Assembly (NCBI GenBank): GCA_000165345.1
Contig: CM000435.1
Location: forward strand, 1,214,459-1,278,458
Reading direction: 5' to 3'
Length of the DNA: 64,000 bases
Part shown: positions 30,401 to 38,707 of the stretch, one piece after another
Position numbering within the stretch: the first letter of the stretch is position 1
Layout of the letters: each line of letters opens with the position of its first letter
The notes under the pieces: model-generated
What the model saw: the letters and a program-made list of their open reading frames with translations, nothing else
The model's database searches: none
What the model was told of the DNA's origin: nothing
Position numbers and translations under genes: made by a program

Positions 30401-33400
30401 GGAATTTGCTATCTAATTAACAACAAGAATAATGGAGAGGAGGCTGTATCAGTTACTTTCCAAACTATTCCTAGACTCATTAATCTTCTTCAAGTATCCC
30501 TCCAACCTATTGATTTACTTTCAATCGATGACGCAGCTAATGGGAACTTTTTAAAGCTTCAAATTGGTTCTAAAGAGTTTAATAGAGAAAATAAACAAGT
30601 AAACAAGCAATCAAAGTTATTTAGCTTTCAATTCCCGTGGAGCCACCAATCTCACAATATACCAATGTACTGGCTTGTTCCTCTGTTGGTTTCATGTCTT
30701 GGTTCGAAAACTCTTGTGGATCCGGCTACACAAAGAGATTCAGGTTTTTATTCTCCAGTGCTTAAAGGAATACAGGGATTCAACTTGGATGAGCTTTTTA
30801 ACCTTGTATCAAAATCTCTAGAAATTGTCGAAAAGCAGCTGAAGTCATATCCAATTACTGCTCAAATTCTTGAATTTATTGTTACTTTACTTAACTTTTG
30901 TCCTGCTTCATTTTGGGGTCTTGGATGGGACAGACATGCAAGACTTCTGCTTTCAACTTTGGAAGAATTTAGCTATAGTTCATCTACAACAAATAAGATT
31001 ATTAGAGATATTCAGTTTCTAATTAATGACTGCATATTATGTCAACAATGCTCTGAAGAGTTGGAGCAGAGAGATTTATTTGGATTTTTTGGTAGGATCT
31101 CCAACTTCTCAATTCATACCGTTCTTTCTAGAATTTCAAGCTGGCAATTCAATTTGGAGTCAGAAAGGAACTTATTGTTTCTACGCTCACTTTCAGTGTT
31201 TGGATTACTATTAAACTCAATGGACTCTGCTACAATAATAAAATCTGACGAAGATTATGAACAACAATTAAATGAAAACATGATAAAGTCTGAAGTTAAA
31301 GATAGCAACTCTTATAGCCTAAAAGATATTGTTCCCAGTATTTCAGGAATTGCATCGTCTAATCATCGTGCTATTATAGCTACTCTTTTAAAACACATCA
31401 CTGAAACTGGCTTGATACCTTCATTACTTACAATACTGTCTTGTGAATACAGCATTCACTCCCAGTCATTTAGAAGGTCGCGGTATTCGCAGTTAGCAAA
31501 AGATGAATTGAATGATATTCCTGCTCCTTGGGAATTACTTATTTCAAACTCTGTAGTTGCCCAGGCAATGGAAAAGAATGAATCTCTTTCCTTTACTCTC
31601 GCTCTCCATCTTCAACATTCAAACTCTCAAGTTATGTTTTTAGATAAACTCCTTGTTCCTACGTTCGAATGCAGTAATACTCTTCCTAACAGAAGCGGGG
31701 AATTATTCTCTTCTCCAGATGTTATCGTTGCTCAACAGGTTGTTACTGAAGTTCTCAAGGTAATTCAAAAATTGCTCAACTCCGTTGCCGATCTTCAAAC
31801 TAGTTCAGATATGCTTTGCTCTCTAAGAACGGCTTTAGTTCAATGGATTTTATCTTCTTCATCAAATCAAGGCTCTCATATTTCAAATAGTCTGCTGAAT
31901 TCCCCAAAGTTTAGTTGGTCAGATACTGACATTATCGCAAATCATATACATTCAAGAATATCACTGCTTTATCTTTCTAAGAAGCCAGTAATGAATTTAG
32001 TAAAGTCTTTATTTTCACTCATGCTTAGCTTTGTACCTTCATCTATGGCCTCAAATACTCCAATTGTTGCAGCAAAGCTTCTCTCTTCATTCTGTTATAT
32101 ACTTTCATCAGAATCTTCCGTAAACAACTATGAGCAAAGCCAAGTACAAAACTCCAGATTGGACATAATTCTTGAGCAAATTCTAAAGCCATCTACATCT
32201 CTCGGCTCAATACAGCAAGATTTCTTACTTTCACTAACAAATACTAAACTATTTCCATTGCTGATCAAACTTCTATACCAAGAGCTTGACTTTGTACTTT
32301 TAGCCCCGATTTTCAGCTTCTTAAAGACCTTTGACTTTTCTGAAACTAAAATAAATAGCCAGGACAAAACCCCAATTGAATTTTGTAAAGTGGTTTTGGA
32401 ACTCATTAACTTATTTTCTGCATCCCATCCTTCAATGCTTATTGGATCAACTAAAAGCTTTTCTTTTGAAAGGCTAGATTATGTTTTAGCTCACTGTAAA
32501 TCTAATCTCACTATTTGCTCTGGTAATCAGATTAATGGGTCTCCTTCATCCTCTTTTAGTAGAATCGGATTAATTTGCCATGCTATAGTTGGAATCCTTG
32601 AGAAATGTAATTCACTACTAACATGTATCAACAAGGCTAATCTAGTAATCTCCTCAAATCTGCTCAATATTTTACATCTAATTCCTCTTTCATTAAGTAT
32701 ATTGAACCAACTTTTTGAAAATACAAGATCAAAGGATTTCTTGATCAGGGAAATGTTTATTAAAACAAAAGATAAAGATGGCAGTCCATCAGCCACTTCA
32801 ACATGGAATATTGTCATTTCAGTTACACAAAATCTAACTTCTCTTTGGAGTTGTCTTCAACTTGATTCCAATATCTCTCAAGCCAAGTTGCAATTGTTAA
32901 CTATAATATCTTCATCTGTTGCATGTACATATCATTTAACATCCAGGTTTATCAGTGTATCTACTCATCTGAGCTTTAAAAACTATGACAAACTTCCAGT
33001 TTTCCTAAGAGAACGAAAAATATTTGATTTTGTCAAGTACCTTGTTTCAGACAAAACTATAAATGAAATTCTTCACTCCTCCAAGAGCTCCAAGCTTATT
33101 TTTGGTTTATTCCTTAGATCCAATAGCCATTTTTCAGAAGTTGAAGATAAACTAGGAGTGCCAATTAAATATTGTGTATTCAGTAGAAAAAACTATGATT
33201 CCAGTAATGATTCAGAATTGGCTAAAACTCAAAGCTCATACACAGATAATTCCTTGGAACAATTTGTTAACAAATATTACTTTGAAAGATACCTCAAATT
33301 CTCTCATTTGATCATTTCAAATGAGACAATTAACAATCTCACAGAATTTAATATATCAAAGATTTGTGAGTTTAGAGATGAAAGTACTAAAGATTTGAGA

Positions 33401-36400
33401 TCAAGTTCCTTTGATCCCAGCAGCCAAACCTTCAAGCTTCCTCCTTCCAGCAATAGTGAAACTTCTCAGCTTGCTACACTTGAAATGGTATGGGAATCTG
33501 GACAGCTTTTAGCTCCAAAACAACACTTTTCTCCAAACAATACGAGCCTTGAAAAGAAAGAAGGGTCTTTACATGTTAGAGATGAAGAACCACTTATCAA
33601 ACACTCTGTTGTTAGTTCCAGAATTAAGGAAAGGCCAGAAAATTTATCACCTCTGCAAATATCTAGGAAGGAGGCTTCTAATTCAGGATTAAACAAAATT
33701 GTGGAAATACCTTCATTACTTTCACTAAGAAACTCTTCTTTTATTCATAAAACAAGGCAATGGGGACCCGAATTTGAACTGGATGTTTCATCGGTACTCT
33801 TACTGCTTTCATGCTCAGCTGCAGCTTGTATTTCTGTTCCTCACTCAGAAATGGATATTCTGTCCTTACTTACTTTTTCTAAAGAAATGATATTCCAAAT
33901 CCGTCGAGAAAATTCATCTAGGAGCTTTCTGGAGTCATTCATGTACCTTTTAACTAGCTATAATGAACTTATATTCTATCTAAAGACGCTACTTCCTGTA
34001 GTAATTGCAAAGTTTAGTAACCTGGTCTCAAACTCTTTCCTCTCAGAATTGGCAATACTTTTTGACTCGACAAAACTAGCCTTAATTAATCATTGTATTA
34101 GTCTAGCTCAGAAAGAAAGCCACGATTTCGAACTAGAGGGAGATGATACAAGTCCTAAAACTCCCATTCTGGATAATTTGGGGCAAAGAAAGCCTAGATT
34201 CCTTCCAAATCTAATGATGACCATTATATTTTCTACATGCACTGACCTATTGACGTTTGACCTTGTATCTAGTGTCAGACTTATTCTTGGGAGAGCAGAA
34301 ATGATTGAAACTCAAAACTCATTGAAAGCCCTTAAATCTTCCACAGAGGTGAAAAGTGGTGAAAAGAATGACTCCTACACGCTCAATCTTACCCCTATTG
34401 CTCCAAATAGCTCATCGGTTTGCTTATCTTCGTCCTGGCAAGATCTCGGTTGCCAGAATTTAAAAAATAACCAGAGATTAAATGATGAGGCTTCAGAGTT
34501 TAGAGGCTGTGTTGGAAACTTAATCAATTATATGCCTGTCTCAGAATTTTCTGAAAAAAGCCAGAGGTCCAATATCAAAAGATTGTTTTCTTCACTTATC
34601 GAGCAATGTTGTAGGTACATTATTAGAAATCTAAGGACTATGTTGCTAAACCAAGAAAAAGCAATTCCGTTCCAGATTCGAACTCAGAATAAGAACGAAA
34701 TATCTACGTATAACTTTGACTTCAAGAACATTTGGACGATCCAATCTTCCCAGACGACGAATAGTTCAGCTGAAGTCCAGGTCTCACAAGAAAATGATAT
34801 TTGTTTATCCTGTGATTTAACAGCTGCAGTTTACCTCCTCCTATTTGCTCTCAAACAGTTATCTTCACTCTCAGAAGTAGAAGATATCACGCCAATTATA
34901 GAAAGCACTACAATATCATTGTTGCTAGAGCTAACTTCATGTTCTATGCAATTTTATAAGAAAAACGGAAAGTTCATTCACAGAATTGCAAATGAAGTTG
35001 GGAATATAGATTCGAATGGTAATTTACTAAACTTTTTCTCGAGCTCTTTGATAGCTCTCCCAATCCTTTGTCTTTGCATTCCTGCAAAAATACTGGAAGT
35101 TATATATATTGAAAATAGGAAAAAGCTTCTTCAGGATATCTCATCTGAGTTTACAATGAATACTTCGAACTTAAAATCTCCGATAATAACCAGAATCAAA
35201 GAATTACTTGTTACAAACCCTCTTATGTATGACTTCAATATAGATATGGCTGTCAAGATAGTCCCATTATTAGATTCTGTAATTCAACTAAGCTCTGCCT
35301 GTCTTGAAAAAAATGAAGCTCCCAGTTATAGTTATCAACAAGCAATTATCAGAAAAGGTCGTATTGAGTCCATTGGATACTTTAAACCTCTTAAAGTACC
35401 ATTTCTAAGCTGGAGTGAGGCAGCTTACCACTCTTTACTATCATCTACAATGTCTTGCCTAGCTGCAATTTCCTCTACTCCCCAAGGATGCATGCTTATC
35501 CTCAAGAGTGGAATACTAGTACAAATAGCATCAAATTTCTTCCTTAATGGGTTCAGATTTACCAATATTTCAGCTCCTTCAAAGCAATCATATGAAAACT
35601 CTGATATTACTCCTGAAATACAATCTATTATAACCCCATCAAATTCATCTTTCTGGCCCTCAACCTATCTTATAATCGAACTTGGAGATCAAACAATTAG
35701 AAATCCTATGCATATTTTATGGTGTAGGCTAATTTCTCTTGCAACAAATATATTTGTATCACTCGAAAAATCTTCAAACGTTATTTATTCAGAAGGCGAT
35801 ACAAATTTACAAAACAAAAATCTTAATGCATCTGTCCAAGGAGGAACAGAATACAGACAGTCTATGAATACCTATGCAGGGAGAATGATGTTACGTGGAC
35901 AATCACCTCGTAGTCTTAGCACTATTTCTAGAAAGTTTGCGAATACAAAAATCGAGGGAGAGACAAATAAATATATCTCGGAGCAACATGTTAGAGATGA
36001 TTCTCAGGCAAAAGAAGAAGTATTGAAATTTATTCAGCTTTTAGAGCCAAGAATTCAACTAATTCTTTCCGAGCAAAGACAAATTTCCCAACTTGCAACT
36101 TTGGAAGAATTTAACCTGGGTATTGATTTAATCAGAGCAACTATTTCTCTGAACATCCCTGAGCTTAGGTATGAATTGACAGAAATTCTTAGAAAATCTC
36201 TTAAGACTGTTAGAGGCATATCTGTAGTGTCTCTTGGGCGTGGAATAACAGAAACCTTTGACTTATTTAAACCAACTTCAAGAATAGAGAGAATTTCAGC
36301 AGGCCAAATCCCAGAAACCTTGAATTTATACCATTTAGATAGTCTCCCTGCTCAAGTACCATCCATTTTCCACCAACGTTGCTGCACTCTTTTATTGAAT

Positions 36401-37111
36401 TCTGTTAGGAGTATTATTGATACATTTATCTCAGAAACCGGGTTCTCTCTCGAATTACGTGGATGCAGAGAACTGCTCATGCAACTGTTTCATGATACTA
36501 TGGATTTAGGTCGTCCAATACTGCAACTATTGGAAGATATACCAAACCACTGTTATTCTGTCTTTACGATTGTTAAATCCAAAGGTGGGGAATCCTTCCT
36601 ACCTCTATCTTTAAATATCCAAGCTCTAAACCCTTCAGAGCCTTCAATTGGTGATTTCCTTCCAGAATATAAAAATTCATCACTGAATAAGAACAGTGTA
36701 GAATTTAGAGGAATAGCCAGGGTCTCAGCTATTACAGAATCATGTTGCCTACCAGAAATGATCACTTTCAGCTCATTTGTACATTTGCTTAGCTCTTTGG
36801 TTGACAATATTGCAATTTGTGGAGCGAAATGCCTCTATACACTTGAAAGTTTAGAGGCTTCAGATCAACATAACGACACTATTAGAAGATTCTTAGAATT
36901 CCTTCACCTTTCTCAAGGTCTCAACTCTTCTTCACTTTTGGATTCATCAAGGAAATTAATTGAAAAGGTTTATGCAAATCTTAAATCTAAGCTTGGAGAT
37001 CAAATTAATGTGGAAGTTGTAGGTCTTGTTGGAATCAAGAAAGATCCCATTCATACACTTTTATTTGACAGACTCTCGAATACAAATAGTAATGCAAGTT
37101 CTGGGATATGA
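27422..37111 (+). CDS. Giant hypothetical protein (~3229 aa), probably alpha-helical repeat
   Basis: A single uninterrupted 9.7-kb frame. The track opens at GTG 27398 and the first ATG is 27422. An E2F-like GGCGCGCGC box lies at 27146. No catalytic motifs (P-loop, kinase, HECT, RING) seen by eye. Confidence 0.65.
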   Translation: MDRDRWIGLLRNCNRSLLSFQVYANHQYTEKGSTQEIENLVLKDIPLVVRERIESYTKKSIIPQNISPESQIFSEKDVIKTISNCFQVESEEACRIFRGFNYLREGGFIIRFTNTDDQFLSKEIINRNGNDPEGKYSNAGTNSGGVLDCFFSDVDLISKIYDFILQEQLSLLDSVKFMYENANFEKEHSGYGAVLKKVCFGEVLWGKDQDQSTKEGIGKHSSSFNILDELWRWYSRLVNDQFVDFDNPELERVFGGPLLQAYSRQLLESNLLHTILVVLQAHKGYMGSLTGIQKKPETEVSSNNNNNRIPIGESLSRSSPLNRCRLIISELQSKCFLGSLYTLYSSNSGIGIGPLTFCDSSLAHSTSMIDQLRQTASNGVLLASSLILSFSPKEITINNEDLGFLINVIVTLLQSICSNDSGEVLCDIQQEKYNFSTPARAKADTFSRNAQKQLFIRGNLLLVHAKVVKPLLPALIFSYASIVVQTPNRDSLLAPILEAPSFFQSSAFSDSLESILHALSSQHPLKQYISVSLLSSCGLENKTTQNKTLDLDDAYFSEDFNSDNKKNIILGEAFGTYYQHLVLYSIIRNTVSTFSLNSLPLVARISKHLSFLLRKEPRLVYRECWRGDYFRQIGVHLIIELFMSSFPYGIVEFLDLLNSLVPDFNSISKFNQADIDMAKQSFKLFMTFLRTPIRNISFPPYLSSLGLSPIPVNNWNPDSIKNDSEFPELPLHLQVSRLETPDLALGASFSQASLAGTLEGCLLDFLEIKLNDVTPLSAGFPNARKCLTPLRVLPIGVAQSVPLKSLLIENSETSFSSPLWSNSPYGTSYDFPEVEMPPYYHIYNSRSKLEESKKVRSSDLLDINKLRLPSELNNNSTEIRLGDLDPFTIKFCCKNIQNPDSLPSLLKILLLIWESIGLSLSQFGGNLIKQHIEMLVSLSELIYRLASFHPSIIFVLDQEIFSWNALIPNATQQGLKASTRFGLLPIKTIQMLKGICYLINNKNNGEEAVSVTFQTIPRLINLLQVSLQPIDLLSIDDAANGNFLKLQIGSKEFNRENKQVNKQSKLFSFQFPWSHQSHNIPMYWLVPLLVSCLGSKTLVDPATQRDSGFYSPVLKGIQGFNLDELFNLVSKSLEIVEKQLKSYPITAQILEFIVTLLNFCPASFWGLGWDRHARLLLSTLEEFSYSSSTTNKIIRDIQFLINDCILCQQCSEELEQRDLFGFFGRISNFSIHTVLSRISSWQFNLESERNLLFLRSLSVFGLLLNSMDSATIIKSDEDYEQQLNENMIKSEVKDSNSYSLKDIVPSISGIASSNHRAIIATLLKHITETGLIPSLLTILSCEYSIHSQSFRRSRYSQLAKDELNDIPAPWELLISNSVVAQAMEKNESLSFTLALHLQHSNSQVMFLDKLLVPTFECSNTLPNRSGELFSSPDVIVAQQVVTEVLKVIQKLLNSVADLQTSSDMLCSLRTALVQWILSSSSNQGSHISNSLLNSPKFSWSDTDIIANHIHSRISLLYLSKKPVMNLVKSLFSLMLSFVPSSMASNTPIVAAKLLSSFCYILSSESSVNNYEQSQVQNSRLDIILEQILKPSTSLGSIQQDFLLSLTNTKLFPLLIKLLYQELDFVLLAPIFSFLKTFDFSETKINSQDKTPIEFCKVVLELINLFSASHPSMLIGSTKSFSFERLDYVLAHCKSNLTICSGNQINGSPSSSFSRIGLICHAIVGILEKCNSLLTCINKANLVISSNLLNILHLIPLSLSILNQLFENTRSKDFLIREMFIKTKDKDGSPSATSTWNIVISVTQNLTSLWSCLQLDSNISQAKLQLLTIISSSVACTYHLTSRFISVSTHLSFKNYDKLPVFLRERKIFDFVKYLVSDKTINEILHSSKSSKLIFGLFLRSNSHFSEVEDKLGVPIKYCVFSRKNYDSSNDSELAKTQSSYTDNSLEQFVNKYYFERYLKFSHLIISNETINNLTEFNISKICEFRDESTKDLRSSSFDPSSQTFKLPPSSNSETSQLATLEMVWESGQLLAPKQHFSPNNTSLEKKEGSLHVRDEEPLIKHSVVSSRIKERPENLSPLQISRKEASNSGLNKIVEIPSLLSLRNSSFIHKTRQWGPEFELDVSSVLLLLSCSAAACISVPHSEMDILSLLTFSKEMIFQIRRENSSRSFLESFMYLLTSYNELIFYLKTLLPVVIAKFSNLVSNSFLSELAILFDSTKLALINHCISLAQKESHDFELEGDDTSPKTPILDNLGQRKPRFLPNLMMTIIFSTCTDLLTFDLVSSVRLILGRAEMIETQNSLKALKSSTEVKSGEKNDSYTLNLTPIAPNSSSVCLSSSWQDLGCQNLKNNQRLNDEASEFRGCVGNLINYMPVSEFSEKSQRSNIKRLFSSLIEQCCRYIIRNLRTMLLNQEKAIPFQIRTQNKNEISTYNFDFKNIWTIQSSQTTNSSAEVQVSQENDICLSCDLTAAVYLLLFALKQLSSLSEVEDITPIIESTTISLLLELTSCSMQFYKKNGKFIHRIANEVGNIDSNGNLLNFFSSSLIALPILCLCIPAKILEVIYIENRKKLLQDISSEFTMNTSNLKSPIITRIKELLVTNPLMYDFNIDMAVKIVPLLDSVIQLSSACLEKNEAPSYSYQQAIIRKGRIESIGYFKPLKVPFLSWSEAAYHSLLSSTMSCLAAISSTPQGCMLILKSGILVQIASNFFLNGFRFTNISAPSKQSYENSDITPEIQSIITPSNSSFWPSTYLIIELGDQTIRNPMHILWCRLISLATNIFVSLEKSSNVIYSEGDTNLQNKNLNASVQGGTEYRQSMNTYAGRMMLRGQSPRSLSTISRKFANTKIEGETNKYISEQHVRDDSQAKEEVLKFIQLLEPRIQLILSEQRQISQLATLEEFNLGIDLIRATISLNIPELRYELTEILRKSLKTVRGISVVSLGRGITETFDLFKPTSRIERISAGQIPETLNLYHLDSLPAQVPSIFHQRCCTLLLNSVRSIIDTFISETGFSLELRGCRELLMQLFHDTMDLGRPILQLLEDIPNHCYSVFTIVKSKGGESFLPLSLNIQALNPSEPSIGDFLPEYKNSSLNKNSVEFRGIARVSAITESCCLPEMITFSSFVHLLSSLVDNIAICGAKCLYTLESLEASDQHNDTIRRFLEFLHLSQGLNSSSLLDSSRKLIEKVYANLKSKLGDQINVEVVGLVGIKKDPIHTLLFDRLSNTNSNASSGI

Positions 37112-37310
37112 ACAAATTAATATACTTTAGATTTGTTTTATAATAGTAATTAATGATCTAAATGCTTCAATAATAAAAATTAATCTACAATTCTTATATT
37201 TTGTATTCCATCCTATTTTTTCAAGTATTTTCAATTTATATTGAACAGAATTTTTGAATCCCCTCCAATTTATCTATCTCTATATCCGGAAAATTAACAT
37301 AACTAACCAT

Positions 37311-38315
37311 TTAACTTGCATTAAATTGCCTTTCTTTAGTCATAGGATTTGCCTTTTGGATCAATCTTGAATCTTTTTTTGGGTTCCATCTTGCAATTAG
37401 CTCGCTCATCTGTATTGCAACAACTGCAGATGCCGAAGTTGGAGATAGTCCTGAATCTTCATCTTCTTTTCTGGTACTATTTCTACCAAAATTAATATTT
37501 GAAAATTTATTCTGTTCGTTTGTTTTATATATTTTCCCTACTAAATCATTATTATGTGGCCTTTTCTTTAGACTTTTATAAGTAATATGCTTACTAGCTC
37601 TTGTACTGCTTTCATCCCCCGTTGTACTTTCCTCAATCGCCTCAGTAAATGCTTGAACTGATGGAAGAGAAGAAGAAGACCTAGGTCTTGTCGTTATCTT
37701 GCAACTATCAGAACTTCCATCTGAAATTAGCGAATGCCTTCTCAAAGAGTTGTTCTTTACTTTTGTAAAAGTGAGCGAAGGAGCATTCATTGTATTGTTA
37801 TCCTTCTTTTCCCTTCCTACTAAAACCTTTCCTTCAATATCATTGAAATTAGAATCATCACACTCTTGTTCAATTGGAACTTCATCTCTTCTAGACTTGA
37901 AGCCAAATCTTTTTGCATATCTTGGAATAAGTGCAATCGCCAGAATAAACAAACCAAAAATAATTACTGAAATAAAAAACATCAAAGTTAATACCTGAGT
38001 ACCATTATAAATAATCTCTGAGGTTCTTAAACTATTGTATCCATGAACTTCAGAAATGTTATTAGCAACATCTTGCTTTTCAACTCCTGCTGTTCTAGAA
38101 GTTATCAAAGAGTCGTCCATCTTTGCTATTTTTGTTTGAGAAGGATTTCTTGCATCTCCAACTTCACTCTTGATTCTCATTTGATTGTTTACCTTAAGAT
38201 TGTTGTAAACTTGAGGACCATTTACTACATTTCCTCCTTTGCTTTGCTCCTGTTTTATTCCAAAAATGCCTTCACTTAATGAAATAACCAAGAGTAATAC
38301 TAAAAATATTCGCAT
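37311..38315 (-). CDS. Type-I membrane protein (signal peptide plus single TM), Ser-rich cytoplasmic tail
   Basis: 334 aa. Signal MRIFLVLLLVISLSEGIFG. TM helix LTLMFFISVIIFGLFILAIALI followed by RYAKRFGFKSRR. No homology recognised. Confidence 0.55.
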   Translation of the reverse strand: MRIFLVLLLVISLSEGIFGIKQEQSKGGNVVNGPQVYNNLKVNNQMRIKSEVGDARNPSQTKIAKMDDSLITSRTAGVEKQDVANNISEVHGYNSLRTSEIIYNGTQVLTLMFFISVIIFGLFILAIALIPRYAKRFGFKSRRDEVPIEQECDDSNFNDIEGKVLVGREKKDNNTMNAPSLTFTKVKNNSLRRHSLISDGSSDSCKITTRPRSSSSLPSVQAFTEAIEESTTGDESSTRASKHITYKSLKKRPHNNDLVGKIYKTNEQNKFSNINFGRNSTRKEDEDSGLSPTSASAVVAIQMSELIARWNPKKDSRLIQKANPMTKERQFNAS

Positions 38316-38430
38316 TCTTTACATATCGATTATAATAAAGTATGGAGAAACGCAAAGGGATATGTGACTTGCTCTCATCTTCAATCAACTTTGAATTTTA
38401 AAGAATGGCCCTCGTTTTTCGGTATTATAG

Positions 38431-38442
38431 TGCATGCATGCA
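38431..38442. promoter_or_regulatory. TGCATGCATGCA box (ApiAP2-type motif)
   Basis: Overlapping TGCATGCA copies about 120 nt upstream of the type-I membrane protein gene start (38315, minus). Confidence 0.35.
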
Positions 38443-38707
38443 GATTACATGGAATGTTTAATTTTACTTTATAAAGATTTAGATATCAAGTAAATCAATT
38501 TTTATAAATTAAGATAAAATAAATACACTTATTTTGAGATCTACTGGGAAATTTGAATAAATTTTTTCATCCAAATTTTCCGAAAAAAAAAATTCATCAA
38601 TTACGTATTATTGTATATAGAAAGAATAAATTATTTCCTAATATGATAAAAAGTTTAAATAGTACTAATTAATAGCTAGTAATAAACATATAATTGTGTA
38701 AATAAGT